DNA of 61,956 bases, filler included. It is 7 parts of 7 records of this genome, joined end to end, with 100 filler letters (N's around TTAATTAATTAA, not from the genome) between each part and the next. Parts side by side here need not be neighbours in the genome. Positions count along the whole stretch, not along the records: positions 7,579 to 19,551 come from SRR31156797_25559; positions 19,652 to 25,030 come from SRR31156797_25564; 5 more parts are not named here. One strand, given 5' to 3'. The stretch's first letter is position 1; every line of letters starts with the position of its first letter. Positions 9,561 through 19,700 of the stretch are shown here, in pieces. The position numbers and the translations under genes are program-made. Under the pieces are notes generated by a model. That model worked only from the letters and a program-made list of their open reading frames with translations, did no database searches and had not been told where the DNA came from.

Positions 9561-10709
9561 ATGCATAACAAACTTCAGTATGGAATGGTCGGTGGAGGCG
9601 CAGGCGCTTTTATCGGCGAAGTCCACAGAATAGGAGCAGTCTTCGATGATCTCAGTGTTCTAACTGCGGGGTGCTTTTCGAGAGATTTTGATAATACAAA
9701 GGAGACGGCTGTCCAGCTGGGTGTCGATGCAGAAAGAGCATACAAAGACTACCGGGAGATGGCGGAGAAGGAAAGCATCAGGGAAGACGGCATCGATTTC
9801 GTGGTGATCGTCACCCCGAATAACAGCCACTATCACATAGCCAAGGCGTTCTTGGAAAGCGGGATAGCCGTAGTTTGCGATAAGCCCCTCACTATAACGG
9901 TTGAGGAGGCAGTTGAGCTGGAGCGGATCACAAAAGAGCGGGATCTGTTATTTTGTGTGACTTATGCTAACCAGGGCTACTCTATGGTGAAACAAGCCAG
10001 GCAGATGATTAAAGACGGTGTTCTGGGGGATCTCCGCATGGTTATGGGGGAATATCCTCAGGAATGGTTGGCGACTCCCGTGGAAAAAGACGGGCTTAAG
10101 GTCGCTTGGAGGGTTGATCCTAAATTTACAGGGATATCATCATCAGTCGCGGATATAGGGAGTCATCTTGAGAATATCATTTCCTATGTGACCGGTATGG
10201 AAATCGCTCGTTTGTGTGCGAAGCTGGATGTCATTGGTGAAGGCCGTAGTCTGGATACGAACGGTAGCATCATCGTCGAATATGACAATGGTGTCAGCGG
10301 GATGTATTGGTGTTCTCAAATCGCCATCGGATCGGAAAACGCCCTCAAATTCAGAATCATCGGTTCAAAGGGAACGATCGAGTGGGCTCAGGAAAAACCT
10401 GACCACCTGATTTACACACCCCTGGGAGAGGCACGCCGAACGCTGTCTAAGGGTAACGGGTATCTGAACGAGTCCGGATTGGCATACAATCGCATCCCCC
10501 CCGGTCATCCCACCGGAACCTTCGAAGCTTTTGCCAATATCTACAAAAGCTTTTGCACCGCATTGATTAAAAAGAAATCCGGAGAACCACTTACGTCCGA
10601 AACCATAGATTATCCGGATATCTCAGAGGGCGTGAGGGGGATGAAATTCATTTATTCGTGTGTCGGCAGTTCAAAGGATGATTCAGCTTGGAAAAGTTTG
10701 GATAAATAA
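9561..10709 (+). CDS. Gfo/Idh/MocA-family NAD(P)-dependent sugar oxidoreductase
   Basis: GMVGGGAGAFIG, TPNNSH, CDKP, DIGSH, PPGHP. Confidence 0.9.
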   Translation: MHNKLQYGMVGGGAGAFIGEVHRIGAVFDDLSVLTAGCFSRDFDNTKETAVQLGVDAERAYKDYREMAEKESIREDGIDFVVIVTPNNSHYHIAKAFLESGIAVVCDKPLTITVEEAVELERITKERDLLFCVTYANQGYSMVKQARQMIKDGVLGDLRMVMGEYPQEWLATPVEKDGLKVAWRVDPKFTGISSSVADIGSHLENIISYVTGMEIARLCAKLDVIGEGRSLDTNGSIIVEYDNGVSGMYWCSQIAIGSENALKFRIIGSKGTIEWAQEKPDHLIYTPLGEARRTLSKGNGYLNESGLAYNRIPPGHPTGTFEAFANIYKSFCTALIKKKSGEPLTSETIDYPDISEGVRGMKFIYSCVGSSKDDSAWKSLDK

Positions 10710-10727
10710 TAAATTAAAGGAGTTTTT

Positions 10728-11765
10728 ATGAAAAAGAGTATGTTAATGCTTTGCCTGATTATGTATGTTTCTGGCTTTGCTCTGTTTGCTGAAGGCCAGG
10801 GGGAGAAAGGGGATGGTTATACAATAGGAATCAGCAATGCATGGGTCGGCAGCGAGTGGAGAACTCAGATGGTGGATGATGTAAGTGCTGCCGCCCAGCC
10901 CTATATCGATCAGGGAAAGATCAAAGAAATTATCGTTCAAAGCTTTGATGTGAGTACCGAGGGGCAGATAGATCAGATCAGGAACCTGGTTGCAAGAGGC
11001 GCTGACCTCATACTGGTGAATCCCGCTGACGCTACGGCTTTAACTCCTGTTATCGCCGAAGCGAAATCCCAGGGAGTGATCGTAATCGGAACAGATACGG
11101 AATTATCTTCTCCCGATGCCATCAATGTTGCTATCGATCAGAAAGAGTGGGCAGCGATTTCCGCACGCTGGCTTGTAGAAAAGCTAGGAGGGGAAGGCAA
11201 TGTCGTTTGCATCAACGGTTTCGCAGGACATCCCGCTAATACTGCGCGTGTGGAAGGCTATACGGCGGTATTTGATTCTTATCCCGGCATCAAGGTTTTG
11301 AATGAAGTAAATGCCGACTGGGATAATGCCAAAGGGCAGGCTGCCATGGCCGATATGCTGGCAACATATCCCGATATAAACGGCGTATGGGTACAGGACG
11401 GCATGGCTGCCGGAGCTTATCGTGCCATTCAGGCTGCCGGCCGGGGGGATATTTACTCAATTGGTGAGGCCCGGGTTGATTTTCTTAATATGTGGAAAAA
11501 GGAAAATCTGGATATGATCGGTGTAGCTAATCCTCCCGGTGTAATGACTTCGGCTTTCTTTATTGGTATGCAGATGCTCGAGGGCAAGGATTTCAAAGAT
11601 GGAATCTTTGAAGGCCCTTATGGGAATACTATTTACGTTCCTGTTCCTACGGTCATAACCAATATTAATTTTGATACAGTGTTCAATGCTTATAAGGATT
11701 ATCCTGATTACTATTCCGTTGATGGACATCTGACCGAAGTTCAGGCAGCCGTATATTTTAAATAA
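10728..11765 (+). CDS. Sugar ABC transporter substrate-binding protein (RbsB-like)
   Basis: Spirochaete-style signal peptide LFAEGQGE; periplasmic binding protein type I pattern. Confidence 0.9.
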   Translation: MKKSMLMLCLIMYVSGFALFAEGQGEKGDGYTIGISNAWVGSEWRTQMVDDVSAAAQPYIDQGKIKEIIVQSFDVSTEGQIDQIRNLVARGADLILVNPADATALTPVIAEAKSQGVIVIGTDTELSSPDAINVAIDQKEWAAISARWLVEKLGGEGNVVCINGFAGHPANTARVEGYTAVFDSYPGIKVLNEVNADWDNAKGQAAMADMLATYPDINGVWVQDGMAAGAYRAIQAAGRGDIYSIGEARVDFLNMWKKENLDMIGVANPPGVMTSAFFIGMQMLEGKDFKDGIFEGPYGNTIYVPVPTVITNINFDTVFNAYKDYPDYYSVDGHLTEVQAAVYFK

Positions 11766-11840
11766 TAAAACCTTAAAAAGAACTCATCCTGGAGAAGGGA
11801 GTCACTTTTCCGGGATGATAAACCATAGGATAGGAGTGTC

Positions 11841-13328
11841 ATGGTTCCACTGTTAGAACTTAGAAATATAACGAAAAGATTCGGAGGGGTGCAGGCGCTC
11901 AAGAAGGGCGATTTCCTTTTGAACAAAGGGGAAATCCATTTTCTAATAGGTGCCAACGGCTGTGGTAAAAGCACTCTCAGCAAGATTATTGTTTGCGCCC
12001 TAGAAAAGGACGGGGGCGAGATGTTTTTTAAAGGTGAGCTTGTCAATCTTATGAATCCTGGAGAAGCCCGTAAGGCGGGAATCGCTGTCGTTTTCCAGGA
12101 ATTGAGCCTTATTCCCGATTTGACTGTACAAGAAAATATGTTCCTGGGAAGCCCTAACCGGGGGGCTTTCGGATTTGTGGATTACGTTTCCCAGAGATAT
12201 ATTTGCGAGAAGGCTTTGTCCCGGTTCGAAGGGGCTTTATCGGATGATGTTGGACCCGAAACGCCGGTTACCCAGTTGTCCGCTGATGAGCGACAGATCA
12301 TCGAGATTCTTAAAGTTCTGATTCGTGAACCGGAGCTGATAATCCTCGATGAAGCGACTTCATCTCTCCATGGCCCCCAGGTGGAGATACTTTTTGATAT
12401 TGTTAGAGAGCTGAAGGGGAAGGGATGCTCTATCGTTATGATCTCCCATAAAATGAAAGAGCTTTTCGATATAGGAGACAAAGCTACAATAATAAGAAAC
12501 GGCGAAACCGTCGCCACGGTAGATTTAAAAACAGCTAATCATGATGAGATCGTCGCGTATATGGTGGGAGAATCTTTCTCTTCCACTCAGAGAGCAGATA
12601 GGGTAATAAGCGAGGACGCTCTTCTGGAAGTCCGCAGTCTGACCGGGGCGGGACTAACTGATGTCAGTTTCAAACTATGTAAGGGGGAAATCCTCGGATT
12701 GAGCGGACTTCAGGGGCAGGGACAATCCGAATTGCTGCTGGCTTTATTCGGTAATTATCATAATGTGAAGGGGGAAGTCCTATTGGATGGGCGACCTCTT
12801 ATTCTTAAGTCTCCCGGACACAGTGTTAAAGAAGGTATTGCTTATATTTCAGGGGACAGGAAAAAACATGGACTTTTTCACATTAGATCAATATTCGAGA
12901 ATGCCGTCCTTTCCCATATCAAAAAGTATGGATTCCATATGTACAGCAGGAACAGACTTAAACGATCCGTTCTGCCTGTTCTAGAAAAGCTCAGCCTCGT
13001 TTACGGCGGTCTTGATCAATCCATATCAAAACTCAGCGGAGGGAATCAGCAGAAGGTAATCATCGCACGCTGGCTTATGACCGAACCCGTAATCATCCTG
13101 ATGGATGATCCGACGAAGGGGGTGGACATCAAAGCCAAGGAAGAGCTGTACACGCTGATGAACGATCTATGCGAAAGCGGAGTTTCCATTATCTGGAATT
13201 CCTCGGAAGATCAGGAAATCTTGAGTAATGCTGACAGGGTTTTGGTTATGAATGAAGGACGTGTCGCTGATGAGCTCAAGGGAGATAGATTAAGTGAATA
13301 CGAACTCTATAAAGCTGCAATGGTTTAA
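11841..13328 (+). CDS. Sugar ABC transporter ATP-binding protein (RbsA-like, two NBDs)
   Basis: GANGCGKST, ILDEATSSL, LSGGNQQK, MDDPTKGVD. Confidence 0.95.
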   Translation: MVPLLELRNITKRFGGVQALKKGDFLLNKGEIHFLIGANGCGKSTLSKIIVCALEKDGGEMFFKGELVNLMNPGEARKAGIAVVFQELSLIPDLTVQENMFLGSPNRGAFGFVDYVSQRYICEKALSRFEGALSDDVGPETPVTQLSADERQIIEILKVLIREPELIILDEATSSLHGPQVEILFDIVRELKGKGCSIVMISHKMKELFDIGDKATIIRNGETVATVDLKTANHDEIVAYMVGESFSSTQRADRVISEDALLEVRSLTGAGLTDVSFKLCKGEILGLSGLQGQGQSELLLALFGNYHNVKGEVLLDGRPLILKSPGHSVKEGIAYISGDRKKHGLFHIRSIFENAVLSHIKKYGFHMYSRNRLKRSVLPVLEKLSLVYGGLDQSISKLSGGNQQKVIIARWLMTEPVIILMDDPTKGVDIKAKEELYTLMNDLCESGVSIIWNSSEDQEILSNADRVLVMNEGRVADELKGDRLSEYELYKAAMV

Positions 13329-14292
13329 AATAGACTGGAAGGAAAAATTTCGGAGAACTCCTTATTTACTGGGAGTTGTTATCGTAATCTTGCTAATGGT
13401 CCTCATCGGAATTAAAAGTCCGAAGTATCTGGGATTCGCATCTTTATCCGTTAAATTGAAATCATGGCTGCCATTGCTGTTTGCCGCTTTCGGGCAGACA
13501 TTTGTCATCCTGACGGGAGGAATCGATCTCTCGCAAGGGACTTTGATTGCGTTGGTGAATGTCATTGTCGTTCAACTGGTTATGTTTTTCGAAGGTTCGG
13601 CAACAGGTGTCGCCATTGCAGTTATCGTTGGACTTTTCGTCGGCACGGCCGCAGGTGTCGTAAACGGCCTGATTCTGACTAAACTCAGATTGCAGGCCTT
13701 AATTACGACATATGCGACTGGAGTTATCTGGAGAGGACTGGCTTTAGCTGTCATGGGAGAACCTGGCGGACAAGTGCCTATTGGTTTTTACCACTTTTTT
13801 TCAGGGAATTTTCTATTAGTGCCTACAGCCGGCTACCTTTTGACGTTTTCTTTGCTTCTGTATCTATTTCTTTTAAAAGAAGGAACCGTTACTGAACTGA
13901 AAGCCGTCGGCGGGTCTGCTATGGCCGCTTTCGAATCTGGGGTAAATGTCAGTACAAAAAAAGTCCTGGCATACGGGCTTTGCGGTTTATTCACTTCATT
14001 GGCTACTCTGGCCATTATCGGGGAAACTATATCCGGTAGTCCTCTTGCAGGTACAGGATATGAATTAGAAGCCATCAGTTCGGCTGCCATAGGCGGAGCA
14101 AGTCTTTCAGGAGGTTTCGGAAGTCCTATTGGCAGCCTCTTTGGCGGAATCATCACCCGTCTGATTAACGATGTCATTTTTTTTTATGGCATTGATGTGA
14201 AATATCAACAACTAATGCAGGGAGTCATCATAATTCTTGCCCTGTCGTTCGGATCATTGTTGGCCAGATCGTTAAGCAGGAGAGATAAATGA
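13294..14292 (+). CDS. Sugar ABC transporter permease
   Basis: GQTFVILTGGIDLS, AAFESGV, AAIGGASLSGG. Confidence 0.92.
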   Translation: MNTNSIKLQWFKIDWKEKFRRTPYLLGVVIVILLMVLIGIKSPKYLGFASLSVKLKSWLPLLFAAFGQTFVILTGGIDLSQGTLIALVNVIVVQLVMFFEGSATGVAIAVIVGLFVGTAAGVVNGLILTKLRLQALITTYATGVIWRGLALAVMGEPGGQVPIGFYHFFSGNFLLVPTAGYLLTFSLLLYLFLLKEGTVTELKAVGGSAMAAFESGVNVSTKKVLAYGLCGLFTSLATLAIIGETISGSPLAGTGYELEAISSAAIGGASLSGGFGSPIGSLFGGIITRLINDVIFFYGIDVKYQQLMQGVIIILALSFGSLLARSLSRRDK

Positions 14293-15254
14293 AGTCGATA
14301 CAATGGATTTTAGCTCGAATTAAAGAACCGACGGCTATTGCGGCTGGTATCGCTATTCTATTGCTGGCCGTGGGAGAGCTGAAGGCCCCAGGCTTTGCAG
14401 GTTTCCCTCAGATCGTAAATATGCTGACCGTGGCTTCGTTCCTTGGCATCGTCGCTGCAGGGCAGAATCTGGTCGTCCTTTCTGGAAGTGGTGGTATCGA
14501 TCTTTCTGTTGGAAAAATGGTCACTATGGGAGCTATTTTGGGCGGAGTCATAGCCAATGGTTCTGACTCTGGTGTCCTGTCTGCCTTCGTTATAGTAATG
14601 GCCGTCACATTTTCTATCGGCCTCTTAAACGGCCTCGGAATTACACTCATAGGGATCCCTCCTTTGATTATGACCTTAAGCATGGGAATCGTTGTTGAAT
14701 CAATTAGCCGTTTCTTAACTGGCAGTCTCCCTGTAAAAGGAGCTACGCCCTTTATGCTGACTGTTGTTACAGGACGTATGCTTGGAATACCGGGGATTAT
14801 ATTTATTTGGACTCTATTTACTGTCGCATTCATTCTGTTTCAGAATAATTCCCGATTCGGAATGAGTCTGTATACCATGGGCAGCAATAGCGAAGCGGCT
14901 CGTTTGTCCGGGCTGAATATCAGCTGGATAAGAATCCTTACTTATGGTTTGAGCTCAATGCTTGCCGGTTTTGCCGGATTTCTGTATCTGGGCTATCTTG
15001 GGTCTATCTATAATATTTCCCTTGGAAACAAGTACAACCTTTCATCCGTCGTAGCTGTCGTGGTCGGTGGCGTTTCCCTGGCAGGAGGCAAAGGGGGATA
15101 TCTAGGTGTGGCTGTGGGGTGTATTCTGCTGCAGTTCCTGGAGAGCTTTCTGACAGTTCAGAGCATCCCTCCCTGGGGTCGGGAGATAGTTATGGGTGTC
15201 ACCCTTCTTATTTTGCTGACGGCATATGGCAGGGAAACAAAGCTTAGGCAGTAG
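14289..15254 (+). CDS. Sugar ABC transporter permease
   Basis: GGIDLSVG, EAARLSG, VVVGGVSLAGGKG. Confidence 0.92.
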   Translation: MKSIQWILARIKEPTAIAAGIAILLLAVGELKAPGFAGFPQIVNMLTVASFLGIVAAGQNLVVLSGSGGIDLSVGKMVTMGAILGGVIANGSDSGVLSAFVIVMAVTFSIGLLNGLGITLIGIPPLIMTLSMGIVVESISRFLTGSLPVKGATPFMLTVVTGRMLGIPGIIFIWTLFTVAFILFQNNSRFGMSLYTMGSNSEAARLSGLNISWIRILTYGLSSMLAGFAGFLYLGYLGSIYNISLGNKYNLSSVVAVVVGGVSLAGGKGGYLGVAVGCILLQFLESFLTVQSIPPWGREIVMGVTLLILLTAYGRETKLRQ

Positions 15255-15397
15255 GGCCATAATGCTATTTCGCTCCCGCCTGATCCGGCCTAATATCGGC
15301 CTATGATAAGCGGAGATGTCTGCGTTTACATGCTATACCGCAAATACTTAGGAAAACAAACACAAACATCATTGGAAATTTCGAGGAGGAGAGATAA

Positions 15398-16312
15398 ATG
15401 AGACTAGGATTTGTTACTGCCATGTTTGCAGATCTGGATTTGGATACAGTGCTGGATATAGCCGCCACCGAAGGATATGAGAGCGTTGAGGTCATGTGCT
15501 GGCCCATCGGTAAAGCCGAGAGACGATATGCGGGAATTACACATATCGATGTGAGTAAGCTGGATAAGAGTAGGATCAAGGAGATTCATTCCAGACTGGA
15601 TTCGAAAAATGTCGGTATCTCTGGATTGGGATATTATCCTAATCTCCTTGATGGGGATAAAGAACAATCTGCTTTTTCCGGAGACCATTTGAAACGGGTT
15701 ATAGACGGTGCAAAGGCCTTAGGTGTTCCGGTGGTCAATACTTTCATCGGCAGAGATCACACGAAAAGCCTGGATTACAATAAAAGCAAGTTTAAAGAGC
15801 TATGGCCAGATATCATCAAATATGCGGAAGCAAATGAAATCAAGATCGGAATCGAGAATTGCCCGATGCTGTTCAGTATGGATGAATGGCCTGGTGGAAA
15901 AAACATGGCGGCCACTCCCGCAATCTGGAGATGGATGTTCTCGGAAATAGACTCAAATTTCTTCGGCTTGAACTATGATCCCTCTCACCTGGTGTGGCAG
16001 AAAATTGATCACATCAAACCTTTGGAGGAATTTAAAGACAAGTTATTTCATGTGCACTTAAAGGATGTGAAAGTTGATATTGACCGCTTGAATGACGTTG
16101 GGATTTTGGCCACGCCTTTGGAATTCCACACTCCCAAGCTCCCCGGTCTGGGGGATATTGATTGGGGAGACTTCTTTTCGAAACTGACATCCATAGGTTA
16201 TGACAAAGATGTGGTTCTGGAAGTAGAGGACCGCGCCTACGAAGGAACACTGGATTCCAGGATAGGGGCCCTGACCCAGGTCAGAACTTTCGTGAAGCAA
16301 TATATGCCGTAG
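15398..16312 (+). CDS. Sugar phosphate isomerase/epimerase (IolE/XylA-like TIM barrel)
   Basis: IENCPM, WPGG.N, NYDPSH, HVHLKD, PGLGDIDW, EVED. Confidence 0.9.
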   Translation: MRLGFVTAMFADLDLDTVLDIAATEGYESVEVMCWPIGKAERRYAGITHIDVSKLDKSRIKEIHSRLDSKNVGISGLGYYPNLLDGDKEQSAFSGDHLKRVIDGAKALGVPVVNTFIGRDHTKSLDYNKSKFKELWPDIIKYAEANEIKIGIENCPMLFSMDEWPGGKNMAATPAIWRWMFSEIDSNFFGLNYDPSHLVWQKIDHIKPLEEFKDKLFHVHLKDVKVDIDRLNDVGILATPLEFHTPKLPGLGDIDWGDFFSKLTSIGYDKDVVLEVEDRAYEGTLDSRIGALTQVRTFVKQYMP

Positions 16313-16458
16313 AGTTATTGAGAAACGAGAAGCTGACGGCTCTTCTTCTGGAGTGCTGGTTCAGCTTTTAATTCATGTCGATCTTAAAAATCTCATGCCG
16401 GAATTAAAGTATGGCGGTATTTCGCAGGAGCTATGGCGGCTGATTTTTAACTCGCGAA

Positions 16459-17322
16459 TTGAAGGAGCATTTTTTGAATTGCGAAAAGATATTTGATATC
16501 AGCGATAAAATCGCTGTCGTAACCGGAGCGGGAGGAGAATTGGCCGGGGCTATTTCAAGGGGATTGGCTTCCTGTGGAGCAAAAGTAGCCATTCTTGATC
16601 TGGATGGGGATAAGGCCAAATTTTGCGCTGAGGAGATCAAAAGCTCTGGGGGTACAGCTCATGCATTCGAATGTGATGTTCTGGATGAGAAACAGCTGCT
16701 TTCCTGTAATGATGAGATCTGCCGATTATGGGGATGTCCGGACTATTTACTGAACGGAGCCGGCGGAAACCACCCTAAGGCCAGTACGGAGAAGGAATTT
16801 CTGCAGCTTGCCGATCTGCAGGACCACAAAGGGCTGAATTTCTTTAATCTGGATATGGCTGGTATAGAATTCACATTCGCTTTGAATTTCTACGGAACAT
16901 TTTTGCCTTCGAGGATTTTTACGAAAGGCATGGTCCGCAAAGGAAGCGGCTCTGTCATTAACATATCATCGATGAACGCACTTACCCCACTGACGAAAAT
17001 TCCGGCATACTCCGCCGCTAAATCATCTATAAGCAACTTCACGAAATGGATGTCAGTCCATTTTTCAAAAGTCGGAATACGAGTGAACGCAATTGCACCG
17101 GGATTTTTCATGACCGAGCAGCTACGCTTCCTGCACATCGATCAGCGATCCGGCGAGTATACCCCCAGAGCTCAGAAAGTGCTTTCCAGCACACCGATGG
17201 AAAGGTATGGAGAGCCGAACGAATTGCTGGGAACCGCAGTATGGCTGTTCTCCGACGCTTCCAGTTTTGTCACAGGAACGGTTATTCCCGTAGATGGCGG
17301 CTTTTCATCTTATGCCATCTGA
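16459..17322 (+). CDS. SDR oxidoreductase, D-mannonate oxidoreductase/gluconate 5-dehydrogenase-like
   Basis: TGAGGELA, NGAGGNHP, PLTKIPAYSAAK, IPVDGGFS. Confidence 0.85.
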   Translation: MKEHFLNCEKIFDISDKIAVVTGAGGELAGAISRGLASCGAKVAILDLDGDKAKFCAEEIKSSGGTAHAFECDVLDEKQLLSCNDEICRLWGCPDYLLNGAGGNHPKASTEKEFLQLADLQDHKGLNFFNLDMAGIEFTFALNFYGTFLPSRIFTKGMVRKGSGSVINISSMNALTPLTKIPAYSAAKSSISNFTKWMSVHFSKVGIRVNAIAPGFFMTEQLRFLHIDQRSGEYTPRAQKVLSSTPMERYGEPNELLGTAVWLFSDASSFVTGTVIPVDGGFSSYAI

Positions 17323-17341
17323 GTTAAATAAGGAGAATAGA

Positions 17342-18193
17342 ATGCAGAAACCATATACGCTTCCAAACGGACTTCCTCCGGTGGGCAGACCCTCTGATCT
17401 TGAGGGGCAGATCGCTCTTGTCACGGGTGCAAGCAAAGGGCTGGGGCAATCTATTGCTATCGGCTTGGCTCAAGCCGGTTCGGATATTATGGTCAATTAT
17501 TTTTCCGATAAAGCGGGAGCTGAAGAAACCGCCCATGAAATTGAACGGATGGGAAAAAGAGCTGTTCTTGTAAGAGCAGATACCTCTGACGAATGTCAGG
17601 TCCAGAATATGTTTGAATCTTGTCTTTCTGAATTCGGCCGTCTGGATATCTGCGTGCCTAACTCCGGAATCCAAATGAACGCTCCTTTGACGGATATGAC
17701 TTTGGGCCAATGGCAGAGGGTCATTGACGTCAATCTAACGGGGCAGTTTCTCTGTGCCCGGGAATCTTCGAGAATCTTTCTGAAACAGGGGATTAAGGAA
17801 AGTATTTCGTATGCGGCGGGAAAAATCATCTTTATGAGTTCTGTTCACGATCTAATTCCCTGGGAGGGGCATGTCAATTATGCGGCTTCGAAGGGCGGTT
17901 TGCTTCTTCTAATGAAAAGTATCGCCCAGGAACTGGCGCATAAGAAAATCAGAGCCAATGCAGTTTCTCCGGGGGCTATTCGCACGCCCATGAATGTGGA
18001 GAAGATTACATCGTCTGAGATTTTTGAAAAAACTCTCTTGCACCTTATGCCTTACGGAAGAATAGGCGAACCTGAGGATGTGAGTAGAGCGGTTTGTTGG
18101 CTGGCATCGGATGATTCCGACTATATAAATGGAACGACCTTGTATATCGATGGTGGAATGACCTTATACCCGGGCTTCATTGATGCAGGATAG
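17342..18193 (+). CDS. SDR oxidoreductase, glucose 1-dehydrogenase-like
   Basis: TGASKGLG, SSVH..IPW..HVNYAASKGG, DGGMTLYP; AAGGAG RBS before the ATG at 17342. Confidence 0.88.
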   Translation: MQKPYTLPNGLPPVGRPSDLEGQIALVTGASKGLGQSIAIGLAQAGSDIMVNYFSDKAGAEETAHEIERMGKRAVLVRADTSDECQVQNMFESCLSEFGRLDICVPNSGIQMNAPLTDMTLGQWQRVIDVNLTGQFLCARESSRIFLKQGIKESISYAAGKIIFMSSVHDLIPWEGHVNYAASKGGLLLLMKSIAQELAHKKIRANAVSPGAIRTPMNVEKITSSEIFEKTLLHLMPYGRIGEPEDVSRAVCWLASDDSDYINGTTLYIDGGMTLYPGFIDAG

Positions 18194-18232
18194 AGAACTT
18201 GCACCAGTTTTTAATTAAGAAGGAAGGACTGA

Positions 18233-19303
18233 ATGAAGAGACATCTCTTTTCTATCGGTACATACACGGAAGCCCAGGACCATGTTTCGGGTGCTTGCGG
18301 GATGGGGATCATTATCGTAGCACTTGATAATGATTCAGGTGAATTAATCGTACTATCAGTAGAGCGTTCAATACGAAATCCGAGCTGGATACACTGGGAT
18401 CTGAATCGGATGAAGCTTTATGCGGTTACGGAAAATCCGGAGGATGATGGAGAAATCGTCTCATATTCATTGCGAAATGGATCAGTTCTAGAAGAATTGG
18501 GACGAACTGACGGTCCCGGGAGAGCCGGTTGCCATTTATTACCTCTTTCTTTATCTGAACGGTTATTTTCTGTGTCATATCTCGATGGAATAATAAAAGG
18601 TTTTGAGTTAAGCAATGGCATTCCGGACAATGAGATTTACACGAGGCGGTATAGTGGCAGGGGGATAAATATTCTGAGGCAGGAAAGCGCTCATGCCCAT
18701 CAGATCTGTACTGATCTGGCGGAGCGTTTTCTTTATGTTTGCGATTTGGGGAGCGATGTAATTTGGATGCATGACATTGGCAACTCGGTTCTGAAGGTTC
18801 GGCAGGCACTAAAAACAGCTGACGGATATGGCCCGAGACACATGGTATTCGATACTGACTCTCCGATTGCCTACATCTTATGTGAGTTATACCCTGTTGT
18901 CATTGTATCAGAGTTAAAACCAGATGGGACTCTGAGTATTCTGGAACAAGTATACACTGTAACAGAAAAAGACAGGGATCGGGCTGCTCCGTCAGCAATA
19001 AAAGTCCACCCGACCGGACAAACGCTTTGCGTATCAAACCGCTTTGTCGATACAGTTGCGATTTTTCATATCAACAAGAAAAACAGAACATCACGTTTAA
19101 GCAAAATTACTGAGTTCAGTACTAAGGGCAAGACTCCGCGTGATATTACTTTCAGCTCCTGTGGGAAATGGCTACTCATCGCTAACCAAGATTCCAATGA
19201 TATTCAGATCTGTCGGTTCGACAATATCACAGGTTACCCCTTGGACTTATGGGGCCCCTCCTGTGACATAGGATCCCCTTCTTGTATTGTACCTGTCGTG
19301 TGA
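18233..19303 (+). CDS. Beta-propeller lactonase (6-phosphogluconolactonase family)
   Basis: GTYT, NPSW, RQE.AHAH, CDLGSD, GPRH, SNR, TPRD, ANQDS. Confidence 0.9.
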   Translation: MKRHLFSIGTYTEAQDHVSGACGMGIIIVALDNDSGELIVLSVERSIRNPSWIHWDLNRMKLYAVTENPEDDGEIVSYSLRNGSVLEELGRTDGPGRAGCHLLPLSLSERLFSVSYLDGIIKGFELSNGIPDNEIYTRRYSGRGINILRQESAHAHQICTDLAERFLYVCDLGSDVIWMHDIGNSVLKVRQALKTADGYGPRHMVFDTDSPIAYILCELYPVVIVSELKPDGTLSILEQVYTVTEKDRDRAAPSAIKVHPTGQTLCVSNRFVDTVAIFHINKKNRTSRLSKITEFSTKGKTPRDITFSSCGKWLLIANQDSNDIQICRFDNITGYPLDLWGPSCDIGSPSCIVPVV

Positions 19304-19449
19304 TAATCTCACGTCTATCAATAATGTCATTCTTTTTCATCCAGAAACGCTTAGAGATGATCATGAATTATATACACCAATTTTTGAAACAGTCAAAGGA
19401 CGCAGGGAAAGTGTTACCCATGGTGAACCCTTTGTATTAATGGGCTTGT

Positions 19450-19480
19450 AAAAAATCCTGCAGACATGATGTCTGCAGGA
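19450..19480 (-). terminator. Intrinsic terminator of a minus-strand gene
   Basis: TCCTGCAGACAT/ATGTCTGCAGGA hairpin with a U tract on the minus strand. Confidence 0.65.
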
Positions 19481-19488
19481 ATTGTGCA

Positions 19489-19551
19489 TTAGAAGAAATC
19501 TGATAACTTATTTAAAGCGGTCTTGATATCCTTCTTCTCATCATCGGATAA
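19489..19551 (-). CDS. C-terminal fragment of an unknown gene cut by the contig end
   Basis: LSDDEKKDIKTALNKLSDFF* directly upstream of the terminator. Confidence 0.45.
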   Translation of the reverse strand, partial: LSDDEKKDIKTALNKLSDFF

Positions 19552-19651
19552 NNNNNNNNNNNNNNNNNNNNNNNNNNNNNNNNNNNNNNNNNNNNTTAAT
19601 TAATTAANNNNNNNNNNNNNNNNNNNNNNNNNNNNNNNNNNNNNNNNNNNN
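19552..19651. other. Artificial contig spacer
   Basis: 44 N + TTAATTAATTAA + 44 N. Confidence 0.98.
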
Positions 19652-19700
19652 GTATTAAAAAGAAACTAAAATTTATATAGTCTAATTATAGGGAGGTCAA

